The notes beneath the pieces were generated by a model. It had not been told where the DNA came from. It did not search any database and saw only the letters and a program-made list of their open reading frames with translations. The position numbers were made by a program, and so were the translations under genes. DNA of 63,990 bases, counting the filler, from Rhizaria sp. SCN 62-66 (lineage: Eukaryota): assembly GCA_001724265.1 (NCBI GenBank). It is 4 parts of 4 records of this genome, joined end to end, with 100 filler letters (N's around TTAATTAATTAA, not from the genome) between each part and the next. Parts side by side here need not be neighbours in the genome. Positions count along the whole stretch, not along the records: positions 1 to 25,866 come from MEDY01000495.1; positions 25,967 to 41,601 come from MEDY01000496.1; 2 more parts are not named here. The stretch is one strand, 5' to 3'. Position 1 is the first letter of the stretch, and the number at the start of each line of letters is the position of its first letter. Below are positions 24,081 through 35,804 of the stretch, one piece after another.

Positions 24081-25866
24081 ATGCAACAGCCCCCGTTGTA
24101 CCCGTTTGCGCCGTCCACGCCCCCGCGCCCGCCGGTGCCCCGCTCGGCGTCGGCATCATCGTCGTCGTCGACTGTGCCGCTGTCGGCGCATCTCGCCGCC
24201 TCGCCCTCCTACGCCTCCGCGCGCTCCGGCCCGCTGGCCGGCTACAACGCCGGCGACACGCTCGCGATTGGCGCTGGCATGCTCTCGCTGTCCGCGCTGT
24301 TCCCCGACCCCTGGTCCGTCCCGCTCTCCTCACTCCTGTCATCGCTGCAGCACGCAACGGCCGCATCCGCGTCCTCAGCGTCTTTGAGCAGCGGCTCCGC
24401 GCCGCCCAGCGCCCGCGCGCGCGTCCCCACGCCCGTGGCCGAGGGCCCCGGCTCTGCGGCCGCTGGCGGTGGCGCTGGCGCGGGCACGGGACTGTCGTCC
24501 GAGGCGGACTGGCTGGCGTGGGAAGGCGGGCACCTGCTCGACGCGCTCGCGCGCCTGGCTCTCGCGCGCCACCTTGACTCCGAGCGCGTGTCATTCGCGC
24601 TCGCCACGCCCCCGCACCCGCCCGCGCCCGCGGCCCTCGCGGGCTCCGGCACCAGGGTCAGCAGAGCCGGCGCTGCTGCCTCGTCCGCCGCTGCCTTGAG
24701 CGCCACTGCCTCGGCTAGTCCGTCGGCGCGGTGGCCGGTGTTCCCCGCGTCGGCGCTGGCCCGCGAGCGCGCGCTTGAGACGCTGCGCGTGGCCCAGGAG
24801 GACACGCTGCTGGAGCAGCTGTACCTTGCCGCGCTCACCGCACCCGGCCACGCGCTGCCTGCCGCCGTCGCCGCGCACGTCGCCGCGCCCTCGCCGCTCG
24901 CGCTCCCCGCGCTCGGCGGCAGCCATAATACGGGGGCGGGCGCGACGCACGACGAGCTGTGGGTGCAGGCACTGCGCACCGCGAGCTCAGGGCTGCCGCG
25001 CCCACCCGCCGCGCTGCTGCCTGCGGGCTACAGCGCGCCCCCACACGGCGCCAACCCGGGCCCCGCCGTCGTCGCCGCCGCCGCCGCCGCCGCCGCTGCC
25101 GCAGCCGCAGCCGCAACAGGGACCGCCGTTGCGGTGGCAGGCTCGGGCGCGGTGGCGGCGGCGTACTCGCCGGCAGCGCGGCTGCCCGCCAGCGCGCCGC
25201 CGCTGCTGCAGCCCGTCGGCGACTGGGCTGACCCCGCCGCGCTCGACGCCCTCCGCGCGCCGGCAGCCACGGCCGCCAAACAGCCCCGAGAGCATGGGCC
25301 GCAGGCTGGCGCTGCGGTGGAGCCGCGGTGGGCGCCGCTGGCGTCGCGCGCGGACCTGCGTCCGCTGGAGTCCCGGCTCTCCGCCGCCGCTGCCAGCGCA
25401 GCCGTGGACAGTGGCCGTGGCAGCGGCAGTGGCGGCGGTGTGGCGTGGGGCGGGATCGACGTGTACGAGGCCGCGGCGGGGCACGTGCTGGCCTCGGAGC
25501 AGGCCTTCCTGCGCGCGATGATTACAGCCGCGCGCGTGCAGCCGGGCGCGCCCGCCGCGGCGGCTTTCTCGCTTGTGCTAGGCAACGTCACGCGCGCGCG
25601 CCAGCGCTACGCCGCCGTGCTCGCCGCGCTTGCCCGCGCCACCGAGCCTGAGAGCACGGAAGACTCGGGCAGAAGCGGCGCCGACAGCGCGGCCGGGGGC
25701 GGCGGTACTGGCGGCGACGTGGCCGGGACAGATGGCGGCAGCAGCGACAGCGCGGAGGTGCCGTCGCGGCTGCCGCAGCTGCGCCAGCGCCACGCCGCGA
25801 GCGTGCTCCAGCGGGCCGCGCGCGCATTCATCTTCCGCCTCCGCTGCGCGCGCGCCGCCGCGGCCC
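24081..25866 (+). CDS. Ala-rich hypothetical protein with an IQ-like motif near the truncated 3' end
   Basis: Open frame from ATG 24081 to the contig end with genome-typical GC3 codon use. AASVLQRAARAFIFRLR resembles an IQ motif. Confidence 0.6.
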
Positions 25867-25966
25867 NNNNNNNNNNNNNNNNNNNNNNNNNNNNNNNNNN
25901 NNNNNNNNNNTTAATTAATTAANNNNNNNNNNNNNNNNNNNNNNNNNNNNNNNNNNNNNNNNNNNN
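25867..25966. other. Artificial contig linker (N44-TTAATTAATTAA-N44)
   Basis: Identical 100-nt spacer with six-frame stops occurs three times in the window. Confidence 0.98.
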
Positions 25967-26276
25967 GTCCTCAGTGACTGAGTTATGATCGTGTGAGTTG
26001 TGATGACTTATGCGATAGTTCATTTTTGTTCGTGTGAGTTATAGTCCGCTCCCCCCCATACTACTGTATGCTTAGTGGTTGATTGGCGATGTGAGCAGGT
26101 CAATAGATAATATGGTGTTATCGATGTGATTTCCCGGTCGCTGCACCAGGCAGTAAAATTGGGATATGCACATACCCAAAGCTAGAAGTCCAAGTTGCTC
26201 TTCCAAACGACTGTCCGATTAGCTTTAGTTCGGTTCAAGTGTGTTAAGTTAAAGCGCGCAACAAAAACAGCACCGT

Positions 26277-27693
26277 TTACTCGTCCTTCTTGGCAGCCTT
26301 GGCGGCCTCCGCAGCGGCCTTAGCGGCGGCAGCCTCGGCCTTGGCGGCGGCTTCATGACCCTTCTCGTTCTTGTAGTCGAAGTTGAGCGTGAGACGGAGA
26401 CGTTCGTGGATCGCGAACGCAATGGCCATCGACGGAATCACTTTGAGCAGGCACGCGTTCAGGCCGCGGTACAGGCCGCGCACGCCTGCATAGAGAACAA
26501 CACACCAAAGACAACAGCCAAGAGAAAATGTGAAGTGAGTTGAGACTAATGAAAATTAATTGATGCGGCAGCATATACGTTAAAATCATACAGAGCTTAT
26601 CGAGAGGTTACATAAGATGCTTGTAAAATAGTACCTTCGGTCTTGATGGTGACCCGAACGCAGTCGAGCGCGCCGTTGACCGGAGCCATGTCGGCCGACA
26701 GCATCGACTTGCCGACACCCTGTAGCTGCACACGGCGGCGCACAACATCTGTCGGGTACGTGATCAGCGCGGCCACGCCACCCGACACGCCGCCCAGAGC
26801 AAGGTTCACCACCGTGAACGACGGGTCGTCGCGCGGGGGCAGGAAGCGGTGCTTGAGCGTGTCGAACACGAAGAAGTTGATCGCGCTAGTTTAGTGAAAA
26901 ACAATTATGAATTGAGAAACATAAAGACCAGTGAGAATTTAATGCGTGAAATTGTTGTCTCAATAGTGCTACTTGCAGCTTCGATCTCATGAACCAAGTT
27001 AGAACAACTTTCATTAAAAATCATAGACTTCATATCATGAAAAGAACAGTGAAGAGATAGCGTGACCTACATGTAGGGCGTGATGCCTGCGAGTGTGGCA
27101 ACGCAGCCGCGGAAGAGCCCACGCATGCCATCGGCCTTGTGGATGGCCTTCATGGTGCCCCAGATGCCGTTGAACTGTCCGTGGTTGGTCTGTACGGTGA
27201 GGTAACTCCGCACGATATCAAGCGGGTAACAAATGAGCGACGATGTCGACCCCGCCAGCGCGCCCGCAGCCAGAGTCCACATCGGCGTCAGCTTCTCGCC
27301 GCCGCCGCCACCCCCGGCGGCCGCGACCGTGCCCGCGCGCGGCGCCTCGCAGGCCGAGGGCACGAGGCGCGTGAGGGCAACCTTGTACATGTCGAAGAAG
27401 AGGAACTGCAGCGCGGCGTTGGGTGCGATGCGCGCGACGTTGGTGCCGTTGCCCTTGAACAGGCCGCGCCAGCCTTCGGACTTGTACATGTGGCGCAGCC
27501 CGGAGACAATGCCGTTGTACTCAGGGTTCTTCTTGGACTGGATTTGCTGCATCACCTTGAGGCGCTCGAGGGGCGACGTCGCCGACCGGGAAACGGCGCC
27601 CGCGATAGCGCCGGACAGGCCGTTGATCGTCGTCTTCCACGCCGACTCAAGCCACGTGGACTCCTTGGAGGCGGAGGTGCGGGCGGTGGACAT
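26277..27693 (-). CDS. Mitochondrial carrier (SLC25; adenine-nucleotide/CoA carrier-like); exons 27693-27071, 26885-26635, 26485-26277
   Basis: Three PX[DE]XX[KR] signatures (PLERLK, PLDIVR, PTDVVRRR), plus GLFKGNGTNVARIAP and GLYRG. GT-AG introns restore the frame (PYI|AINF; TEG|VRG). TAA stop. Confidence 0.93.
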
Positions 27694-28204
27694 CGCGCTA
27701 CGACGGTCTGTTGTGGCGATAAGTCAACAGAGCGTGAGCCGAGGCAGGACACGGGGCGCGACGGACATAGGGGGGAGCAGAGGTGGCAAAAATGTGAGTG
27801 CGCAAGTGAAACTAAAGCCGCAAGAAGTGAAAAAAATTATGGTATAATAAAAAGGTAAATTCTCATTGGTGGTACCGTAGTTAACGCTATAGACGGATTG
27901 TGCATAACACATTCAATTCTTGCGCAAAGCCACTTCGAGTGACCGTGGCTTCAGGACGGCGAGAGTGGCCATTTTGCGGCGTGCGAGGCTCGCTTTTTGA
28001 ACGTTAATATCCTTGCATAGTTAGACTGTGCACGAGTGTGAATGGCCTTAATAAGGACCCCGTTGCGCCGGTTATCTATTTCGTTTCTGAAATGCGCTTT
28101 AAATTCGCGTTTACGCTGTAAAAATTCCCAATCCTATTTGCATGTCGAATCTCACCCTCCCCAAACCTCTTCACTTCCTGTTCCATCATCAGGCGCAGAG
28201 TCGA

Positions 28205-31200
28205 ATGTCCGAGTACCCCGCGTCCTTGCTCGGCGAGAGCGGCGAAGCTGCGGGTTACATTCCCATGCAGCTGGACCAGCGCGGTGCCACGTTCCTGGAG
28301 GCGTGCGGCATCCCTTACACAGGCATCCGCTACTGCCCCGACCGCGACACTTCAGACAAGACGACCGCGGCCGCGGCGGCTGCGTCGGGCCAGCCCGTGC
28401 CCAAGACGCGCGCCTTTGTCGAGCGCGCCAACGTGCAGTAGCACTACATCGTCAAGACTCTCGTGTTCTGCGACTCAAAGCAGACGCAGGCGTTCGTGGT
28501 GCTGATGCACGGCGACTGCCGCGTTGATATGAAGAGCCTCGGCAGGCAGATCGGCGTCCCCAAGATAGTCCAGGCGCCCATCGAGATGGCTCAGGAATGG
28601 TCCGGCTACATCATGGGCGGCACCTCGCCCTTCGGCCTTGCGCGCCCCATGCAGGTTCACATCGAGAAGTCCATCCTCGACCTTCCGCACAAGATCATCA
28701 TCAACGCCGGCCGCCACGACTCGTACTTGCTCATGGAGCCCAAGGACATAGCGCGCGCATTCACCACCGAAGCCGCCGTCGCCGCGGGTTTCCCCCAGAT
28801 CAAGGTCGTCCAGTGCGGTAAGGAGCGTCCCCCGCCCGCCCCCCTCGGCGGCGGCTCTGATGCCGCTGCCACGGCCGCTGCCGCTGCTGCAGCGGGCTCG
28901 CCCGCTGCTGACGCCACCGGCGCTGCGAGCCCCATCTCTCCGTCAACTGGCACGAAGCGTCTGGTGACCGGCCCTGCCCCCGCGCCCGTGGCGCCCTCTC
29001 TGGCCGCTCTTCAGGCCGCCGCGGCCTCAGCCGAGCTGCCCGCCTCCGCGACCACCGCGCAGCACATCGTCGACGCCCTCGACACCGCGCTCGCCGAGCT
29101 CGAGGTCCTCACTTCCATGTACCCGCAGAACAACGTCCACCCTGACGCCGCCAGCGCGAGTGCGAGTGCCAGTGCGGAGTTGGACCTGCGGGTGGAGCCG
29201 GCGACGCTCGTGGTGGACCTCACTGCGGCGCGCGCCAAGCTCGCTGCCGCTGCCAAGCGCAAGGAGCCCCTCCGCACACATAACCCCGCTGCGCTCGGTC
29301 TGCCCGCCTTCATCCTCACCGTGCGCGACACTGCGGCCGAAGGCACGGGCTTTGCGCTGGCGCTCACGGCCCCGGCCGGTTACCCGCTGCTGCCGCTGTC
29401 GGTGACGCCGTTTGTCCCCGGAGAGGCCACCGCGCGCCCCGGCCTGCGCGTGCTCGCCGCGGAACTCGACGCTGAGGCCGGCCGCTGCGCCGCGGCGCGC
29501 GCCGAGGCCGCTTACGCCGTTGTTGAGCTTGCTAAAACGAGCTTCGGCCCCACGGTCGCTAACTACAAGAACGGTGCGAGCGCTGCCGCAACCACGGCCG
29601 CCGCCGCCGCCGCCGCTGCCGCTGCGCCGGTAGTCGTGCTTCCCGGCCGCGGCGCATCCGCCGCTGCGGGCGCCGCCGTGGCCGCGGGCGCGATGCGTTC
29701 GACCGTGCGCGCGCCTGAGTCTGCCTCGACTGGCGACGGGCTGCTGCAACCGGGCCCGCTGACCAAGCCCACGGGCGAGCTGGCCGTGTTCAAGCCGACG
29801 CTGAGCACCGCCGCGGCCGCCGGCGAGGGCCCCTCGCAGTCGCAGCTAGTCGGCGCGGGCGTGCGTTGTCTCGCGACGAACCGCGCCACTGTGGCCGACG
29901 ACGACTCAGACTTCCGGTCGACGTATGTCCCATTGTTAGGCCGCCTCGTTGTGGGCGAGAAGGGCCGGCCGAAGGAAGTGGCGGAGCTGTCGTCACCCAT
30001 GACCGCGATTGCGCCCGGCGCCGCGATCCGGTGGCTGGGCAAGCCCAAGAGTCAGATCCGCCTCGGCTTCGTCGGGCTGCCCAATGTTGGCAAGAGCTCG
30101 CTGTTCAACCTCGTGTCGGGCATGCAGGTACGCGCTATCGAGAGCAACAATGACGGCCATGGCAACAACACGAGCAAGAGCAACGGTCGCATGGCCACTG
30201 ATGCTGTATCGACTGCGAAGGCTGCTGCTTCAAGCATCGGTGCTGCAATCAGCGGCGCTGTGACTGCCGCCGTGCTGCCGCTGCAACAATCGCAGCCGTT
30301 GTCCGTATCAACAGTCCTCGCCTCGCTCATGTATGTTGTCGCGTCATTGATGTCATGTAGTCTATTCCTTAACATGAACATATCACACACTGTTTGGTTT
30401 CATATTGTTTTTCATGTTTACCCACAACGTTAACAATCTCTCCTCTGCTCATGTTCTTTGCTTTCACAACATCTCGTGTTTAGGTCCTGGCGGAAAACTA
30501 CGCTTTCTGCACCATCGACCCCAACGAGGCGCGTGTGCCTGTCCGCGACGACCGCGTCGAGCGCGTTGCGCGCTGCTTCCGCACTGGCTCCAACGCCAAC
30601 TCTGGCAGCAGCAACAGCGGCAGCAGCGGCAACAGCAGTCACAACACCGCGGTTGGAACCGTGCACGACGCAGCCTCGTCCGCAGCCCACCAGCAGGCCC
30701 CGCCGAGTAACTGCACGTTCGCGTCCGTGGACGTCATTGACATCGCGGGGCTTGTCAAGGGCGCTTCGCTGGGCCGCGGCCTTGGCAACGCGTTCCTGCA
30801 CCACATTTCCACCGTGCACGTGATCTTCCAGGTTGTGCGCGCCTTCGATGACTTGGAGGTGGTGCATGTTGAGGGCGCGCTGGATCCTGTGCGCGACATC
30901 GAGATCATCACGGCCGAGCTCATTGCCAAAGACACCGAGGAGATGTGCAAGCGCATCGAGCGCGCGGCGGGCAAGTTGTACCGCTCCATGGTGCAGTCGC
31001 AGGGCAAGGAGCTGCGCCGCGAGTTGGCCATCCTGCTCAAGGCGTACGAGTGGCTCGTCGCGGGCCGCTGCCTGCGCCACTGCGCGTGGACCGAGCCCGA
31101 GCACGCGTACCTGTCGACGCTGCAGATGTGGACGTCGAAGCCGACGTGCTTCTTGGTCAACATGTCTGCGCGCGACTATGCCGACGCCGTCCAGCGCTCG

Positions 31201-32262
31201 GAGCAGTGCGCACGCGTGCAGGCCTGGGTGGACGCCAACTCGCCGGACTCGGCCGTGGTCCCTATCAGCGTCCGGTTCGAGCAGGCCGCGCTGCAGTGCC
31301 CGCCCGAGGCCAAGCGCGAGTTTGTGATTGACGTCGCCGAGCGTATGGCTGCCGTCGCCGCAGAGTCCGCGGCCGCGCGTGTCCGGGCTGAGGCTATCGC
31401 CGCTGAGCGCGCTGCGAGCAAGGACAAGAAGGACAAGAAAGATAAAGGCGACAAGAAGGACAAGAAGGAGGGCGGCAGCAGCAGCAGTCGCAGCGCCAGT
31501 CGCACCGGCAGCCGCAAGAGCTCCGACAAGGACAAGGACGCCGACAAGAGGGACAAGAAGGACAAGAAGGACTCCAAAGACAACAACAAGGGTCCTGAAG
31601 GCTCTTCTAGCAGCGCGAGCTCTGCGCAGTCCACCGACCCCGAGTGCGGCGGCGCGAGCGAGAGCGAGAACGGCATCCCCACGGCGGTGCCCGTCGTGCG
31701 CATGACTGAGGTCGTCGCCCTCGCGCGCGGCGAGCGCCCCACCGCGGCCGCAGACGCAACGGTGCAGAGCGCGTGGGCGCGCGCCGTGTGGTCTTGTGCG
31801 CTCGGTGCTGTGTGGCAAGAACGCACCGACAGCGGTGCCGCGGCGGCCGACCCGTCACACGCCGCCGCCGCGGGTGCGGTGGGCAACGCAGTGAGCGCGG
31901 ACTGCGAGCCAGCGCGCGGTCGCGTGGGGCTCCAACCGCGCGAGACGAGCGCGCTGCACTTGCTGATCCAGGCCGGGTACCGCGCGTGCGATATGGTGCG
32001 CGTGTACCTTATTGGGGAGGACTCGCACGTCAAGGCCGCGTTTGTGCGCCGCGGAACGCCCGCCGGACAGGTGTCGGGGCTGTTGCACCACGAAAACCCC
32101 GACCGGTGCACCGCAGTCCAGGTCTACCCGTGGGACGCGTTCGTCGCGCAAGGCTACGCGCTGGACGCGATGCGCAAAAATAACACGCGTCTAATCAAGA
32201 CCAAGGCATATGAGGTCCAGGAGGGCGACATTCTGAGCTTTACGCTGAAGCCCGCCGCGTAA
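28205..32262 (+). CDS. YbaK-type aminoacyl-tRNA deacylase + RWD + OLA1/YchF-like OBG-family NTPase fusion; exons 28205-30127 and 30484-32262; contains in-frame TAG at 28439-28441
   Basis: YbaK: KTLV, GYIMGGTSPFG, INAGR. RWD: ELEVLTSMYP...LTAPAGYP. YchF: GFVGLPNVGKSSLFN, AENYAFCTIDPN, DIAGLVKGASLGRGLGNAFLHHI, VVRAF, VHVEGALDPVRDIEII..EL, YEVQEGDIL. TAA stop. Confidence 0.88.
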
Positions 32263-32723
32263 GCTGTGTTTCGCGACACAGTACGCACTGTGCACGGGCA
32301 GCGAGCGCTGCGGAAAACTGACTGATAACTTGATTCCGTTTATTTTTAAGCTCATTTATTGTTCTTTCACGAGTTGTACCTGCTGGATTTGCTTGGTTTT
32401 TGCTCATAACAAGATTATATGCGACTGAACCTGTCCTGAACTAAATTATGCTCTCCTTGTGGGCTGCCCCGTCTTGTCGACGTGCTTGCTGCTTGTAGGT
32501 GGAGAAGAAGGAGATAAAAACGGCGTGCCAGGTTCTGAGGACTCCATACATTAACCTGTCTTTGATGAAGTATGACTGACATGTTGCTTACAACTTTGAA
32601 TACGTTTTTATATATCTCACGAATTCGTTTATTCCGCTAAACAACCTCAGTCTTTGCAAGCCTAGAGGACCCCTTGCGATTGCGTCTTCACCGCTTCCGT
32701 TCGGGCGAGTAGCGCTTGATAGA

Positions 32724-35700
32724 ATGCGCGCCAGACGTAGGACGCTTGGCTCAATACTAGCCAACATTCTGAAATTCCTGCTTCTTGTTGTGCTTTGCTG
32801 TGCGGCGACTGTCTCCGCCCGTGGCTATTGTCGCAACACGGGGGACATCGAGGTATCGCACGTTGTTCCTCCCGAGTTTTACCCGATGACTCCCGTCGTC
32901 AATTTTACAATCTATGGATGTGGGCTCAACTACGTCGACTATTTGCGCATCGATAAGTCTTCGCTGACGATTGTAAACCGCACAGCTATCCTGATAAACG
33001 TCAATATGGTCCACCAATTGACCATCCGCGATACAACGGCGCTCGACTTGATCCTCTTCACTATTGCCGACCCATTCTTACCCCGTCGGACGCTTATCTT
33101 CCCGAGACTGATCACCGCCATCGTCCCGCGCTTTACAGGCTTTTTTCCGCAGTATCTGCCCACGAACCCGTCGCTCGCATACGGCTTCGCGACCTTCACC
33201 TACGTTATCCCGGACCGCACGTACTCATTTCTGCTCTGTAACACCGATTTCCGCACCGACATCAGCGAAGCCACAACGACGTGGCTGCGCTTCACCTACC
33301 GCGGGGTCAACACCACCGTGCATTCGTGCAACGTGACGCTGCTCGAGCACACCCTCGACGGCATCGTGAGCATCATCGGCACCGACGAATTCACCTCGCC
33401 TAAGATGCTCGCGCCCGCGGCGACGCTGGTCACGTTAGTCCAGCCCACGCTGCTGTTCGAGCGCGTGCTCACGTCGCTCAACATCTTCGGCCAGGGCCTC
33501 ACAGATGTAATCAAGATCACTGTGGGCGAGTTCCCCTGCTCCATCGTCACCCGCGACGACGCACTCGTGACCTGCCAGGTGACCTTTTGCCCGCGCGATC
33601 AAGTCCCCGTGTGCGTGTTTGGCACGCGCGACGTCACGCTGCTCATGCCCGGCAACTTTCGCGTGCTCACCGCCGTTACCGTCTTCTCCACGACCTGGCA
33701 GTCGCCTTTCGGCCCCACAGCGTTCAACCCCGCGTTGGACGAACCGACGCGCTTATACATGGCAGAGGCCGCGTATACTGCTTCCTACCCGCCGCACGTC
33801 GAGGCGCCCGGGCTCCCGTTCATGCCCACAGTGCTGCAGCACACGCACCCGCACCGCGCGCCGCCCGCGTGGCTCGACTACCTCTACCGCGTCGACTTTG
33901 TCCCGGGAACCTTTGCCCCGCGCATCCCATTCGAGGTGTACTGGGGCGATCTGCGGCTGTTGCTCATGCAGCTTGACTCGCTTGGTTTCGCGGTTATTAT
34001 CCCGCGCTGCGAGTACCCCACTTCCGCCGGCGTTCCGCAGCCTCAGACCCACGGCTACAGCTACAGCTACAACTACAACGACATCCACGGCAACGGTCAC
34101 AGCCACCGCGACGGCGACGGTGACAGCGACGGTGACAGCGACGGTGATGGTGTGCCGCCGCCGCAGCAGCAGCAGCAGCAGCAACAGCGCGTGTCCGAGA
34201 ACGGCCTGTACTGCCCGGGCGGTCAGATCGCGACGCTGCGCGTCCAGGCCACTGGCGGACTCCCGCTGCCGGCGTGGCTGCCCGCCGCGGCCTCGAGCGG
34301 CCATATCGTGCGCGTGACCAGTTCGGAAACGACGACGGAGCTGTACCCTGCGCTGCTACACCAGGTCATTCCGCGCACGCTCGAATGCGGCGACGCGATA
34401 GATCTGCAGTTGCGCATCCACGGCGTGCTGCCCGCGCGCGTTGAGACTGCGATCCTGGCCTCGGACCTCGCAGCGCAGGCGTTGCGCCGTGCATTGCTCC
34501 GCCGCGGCGTCAACGACGTTCCTCCACGCACGCCGCGCAATACCACTGCGGGCGGATACGACGGTGAGGTTGATTACGAGGAGCACGAAGACGACGTGCT
34601 GCCGCGCATCGCGATCGTGCAAGCGGTCGCGATGCTGACGGCGCTCGCCGATAAGCACAAGCTTGAGGTTCACACTAACAGCAGCCTCAGCTTAAACCAG
34701 GCGCCGTTAACTGCCGCTCACGTGGCACGTCTTGCCACTCTGCTCCCGGCGCTGTTCCCCGGCCAGCTCGGCACCACCGCCGCTGCATTGGCTTTCATGC
34801 ACGATGACGTCACCGCACACGCTAACGGCGAGACCGCGAGCATTAGCGGCCGAATGAACGCTGCGGCAGTTTCCGCGCTGTCAACGCGCGTGGCCGCTGT
34901 GCGCGCCGCCCTGGGCGAGCCGCTGGGCCTGATGCGCGCACCGATCAACGCGCTGCCCCATACAATGTTCCGCTTCTCGCTCATGGTGGCGGACACGAGC
35001 GACAGCGCGCACTGTCTGCCGGGCGCGTACGACGCCTTTGTCGTCGACGAAGCGGGCGCTGCGGTGGAAACGCTCTACGACGCGGCCGCGCGGCGCGTGC
35101 AGGTGCGCCACAACCCGTTTCCCGGTGCACAGTTTGCGCTTGTGTGGTTGTGGCCGCTGCCCAGCAGCGTGGCTGCGCGGGCGGCGCTGGGCGAGGAAGT
35201 GGTGCAGCTGCTGCGGCAGGTCATGGGGTTGGCCAACGACACGACGCGCGTGGTCGTGCAGAGGATTGACGCCGAAGCCAACATCATCCACGTCGGGCTG
35301 CTGCCGTCGCACCGGCGCGCGCAGCCCACGACGTCGATCCTCGTCGCGCTTATTGCAGAGATGGTCGAGGACGAGACCTCTTTACTGCGCCGAACGTTCC
35401 CCGCGATCGACCCTTCGCTGCACGTCACCGTGCCGGAGCTTTGGCGCTGCCCGCCGCGCAGTGAGCCCGACACGAGTCTGGTGTACGAGTATAAGATCGA
35501 CTGCTCGCCGCCCGACGAGCCCGCGCAAGGGTACAGGCCGCTGGTTTGGCTCGCTGCCGCCGCCGGCGCGATGCTCGCTGTGCTGTTGCTCTCCGTCATT
35601 GTCTACTGCTGCGGCTGCTCGTGCTGCCGCTGCTGCGGGCTGCGCGCGACCTGCGGGCGTGTCTGCTGCTGCGGCGGCCGCTGGCGCGCGGCGGGCGACG

Positions 35701-35804
35701 GTGCGGGGGATGACTCTGTGGGCGCGGGCGCGCGCTGGTTCTCGTGCTGCTGCCGCGCCGACAAGCCGCCGCAAGAGGAGTTTTATTACTATGGACTGCA
35801 GTGA
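32724..35804 (+). CDS. Type I membrane/surface protein with signal peptide, IPT/TIG-like beta repeats, C-terminal TM helix and Cys-rich tail
   Basis: Hydrophobic N-terminus (FLLLVVLCCAATVSA); FTIYGCGL and LNIFGQGL..ITVGEFPC IPT-like motifs; several N-X-T sites; TM LVWLAAAAGAMLAVLLLSVIVY followed by CCGCSCCRCC. TGA stop. Confidence 0.7.
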   Translation: MRARRRTLGSILANILKFLLLVVLCCAATVSARGYCRNTGDIEVSHVVPPEFYPMTPVVNFTIYGCGLNYVDYLRIDKSSLTIVNRTAILINVNMVHQLTIRDTTALDLILFTIADPFLPRRTLIFPRLITAIVPRFTGFFPQYLPTNPSLAYGFATFTYVIPDRTYSFLLCNTDFRTDISEATTTWLRFTYRGVNTTVHSCNVTLLEHTLDGIVSIIGTDEFTSPKMLAPAATLVTLVQPTLLFERVLTSLNIFGQGLTDVIKITVGEFPCSIVTRDDALVTCQVTFCPRDQVPVCVFGTRDVTLLMPGNFRVLTAVTVFSTTWQSPFGPTAFNPALDEPTRLYMAEAAYTASYPPHVEAPGLPFMPTVLQHTHPHRAPPAWLDYLYRVDFVPGTFAPRIPFEVYWGDLRLLLMQLDSLGFAVIIPRCEYPTSAGVPQPQTHGYSYSYNYNDIHGNGHSHRDGDGDSDGDSDGDGVPPPQQQQQQQQRVSENGLYCPGGQIATLRVQATGGLPLPAWLPAAASSGHIVRVTSSETTTELYPALLHQVIPRTLECGDAIDLQLRIHGVLPARVETAILASDLAAQALRRALLRRGVNDVPPRTPRNTTAGGYDGEVDYEEHEDDVLPRIAIVQAVAMLTALADKHKLEVHTNSSLSLNQAPLTAAHVARLATLLPALFPGQLGTTAAALAFMHDDVTAHANGETASISGRMNAAAVSALSTRVAAVRAALGEPLGLMRAPINALPHTMFRFSLMVADTSDSAHCLPGAYDAFVVDEAGAAVETLYDAAARRVQVRHNPFPGAQFALVWLWPLPSSVAARAALGEEVVQLLRQVMGLANDTTRVVVQRIDAEANIIHVGLLPSHRRAQPTTSILVALIAEMVEDETSLLRRTFPAIDPSLHVTVPELWRCPPRSEPDTSLVYEYKIDCSPPDEPAQGYRPLVWLAAAAGAMLAVLLLSVIVYCCGCSCCRCCGLRATCGRVCCCGGRWRAAGDGAGDDSVGAGARWFSCCCRADKPPQEEFYYYGLQ

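Noticed and set aside
27067-27072. TAG after GITPYM in the SLC25 gene as a stop or readthrough codon
   Set aside because: It lies in the intron donor (AT|GTAGGT); splicing to 26885 restores PYIAINF.
28433-28441. 9-nt GTGCAGTAG micro-intron removing the YbaK TAG
   Set aside because: Far shorter than any known spliceosomal intron, and the other introns here are about 100-360 nt.
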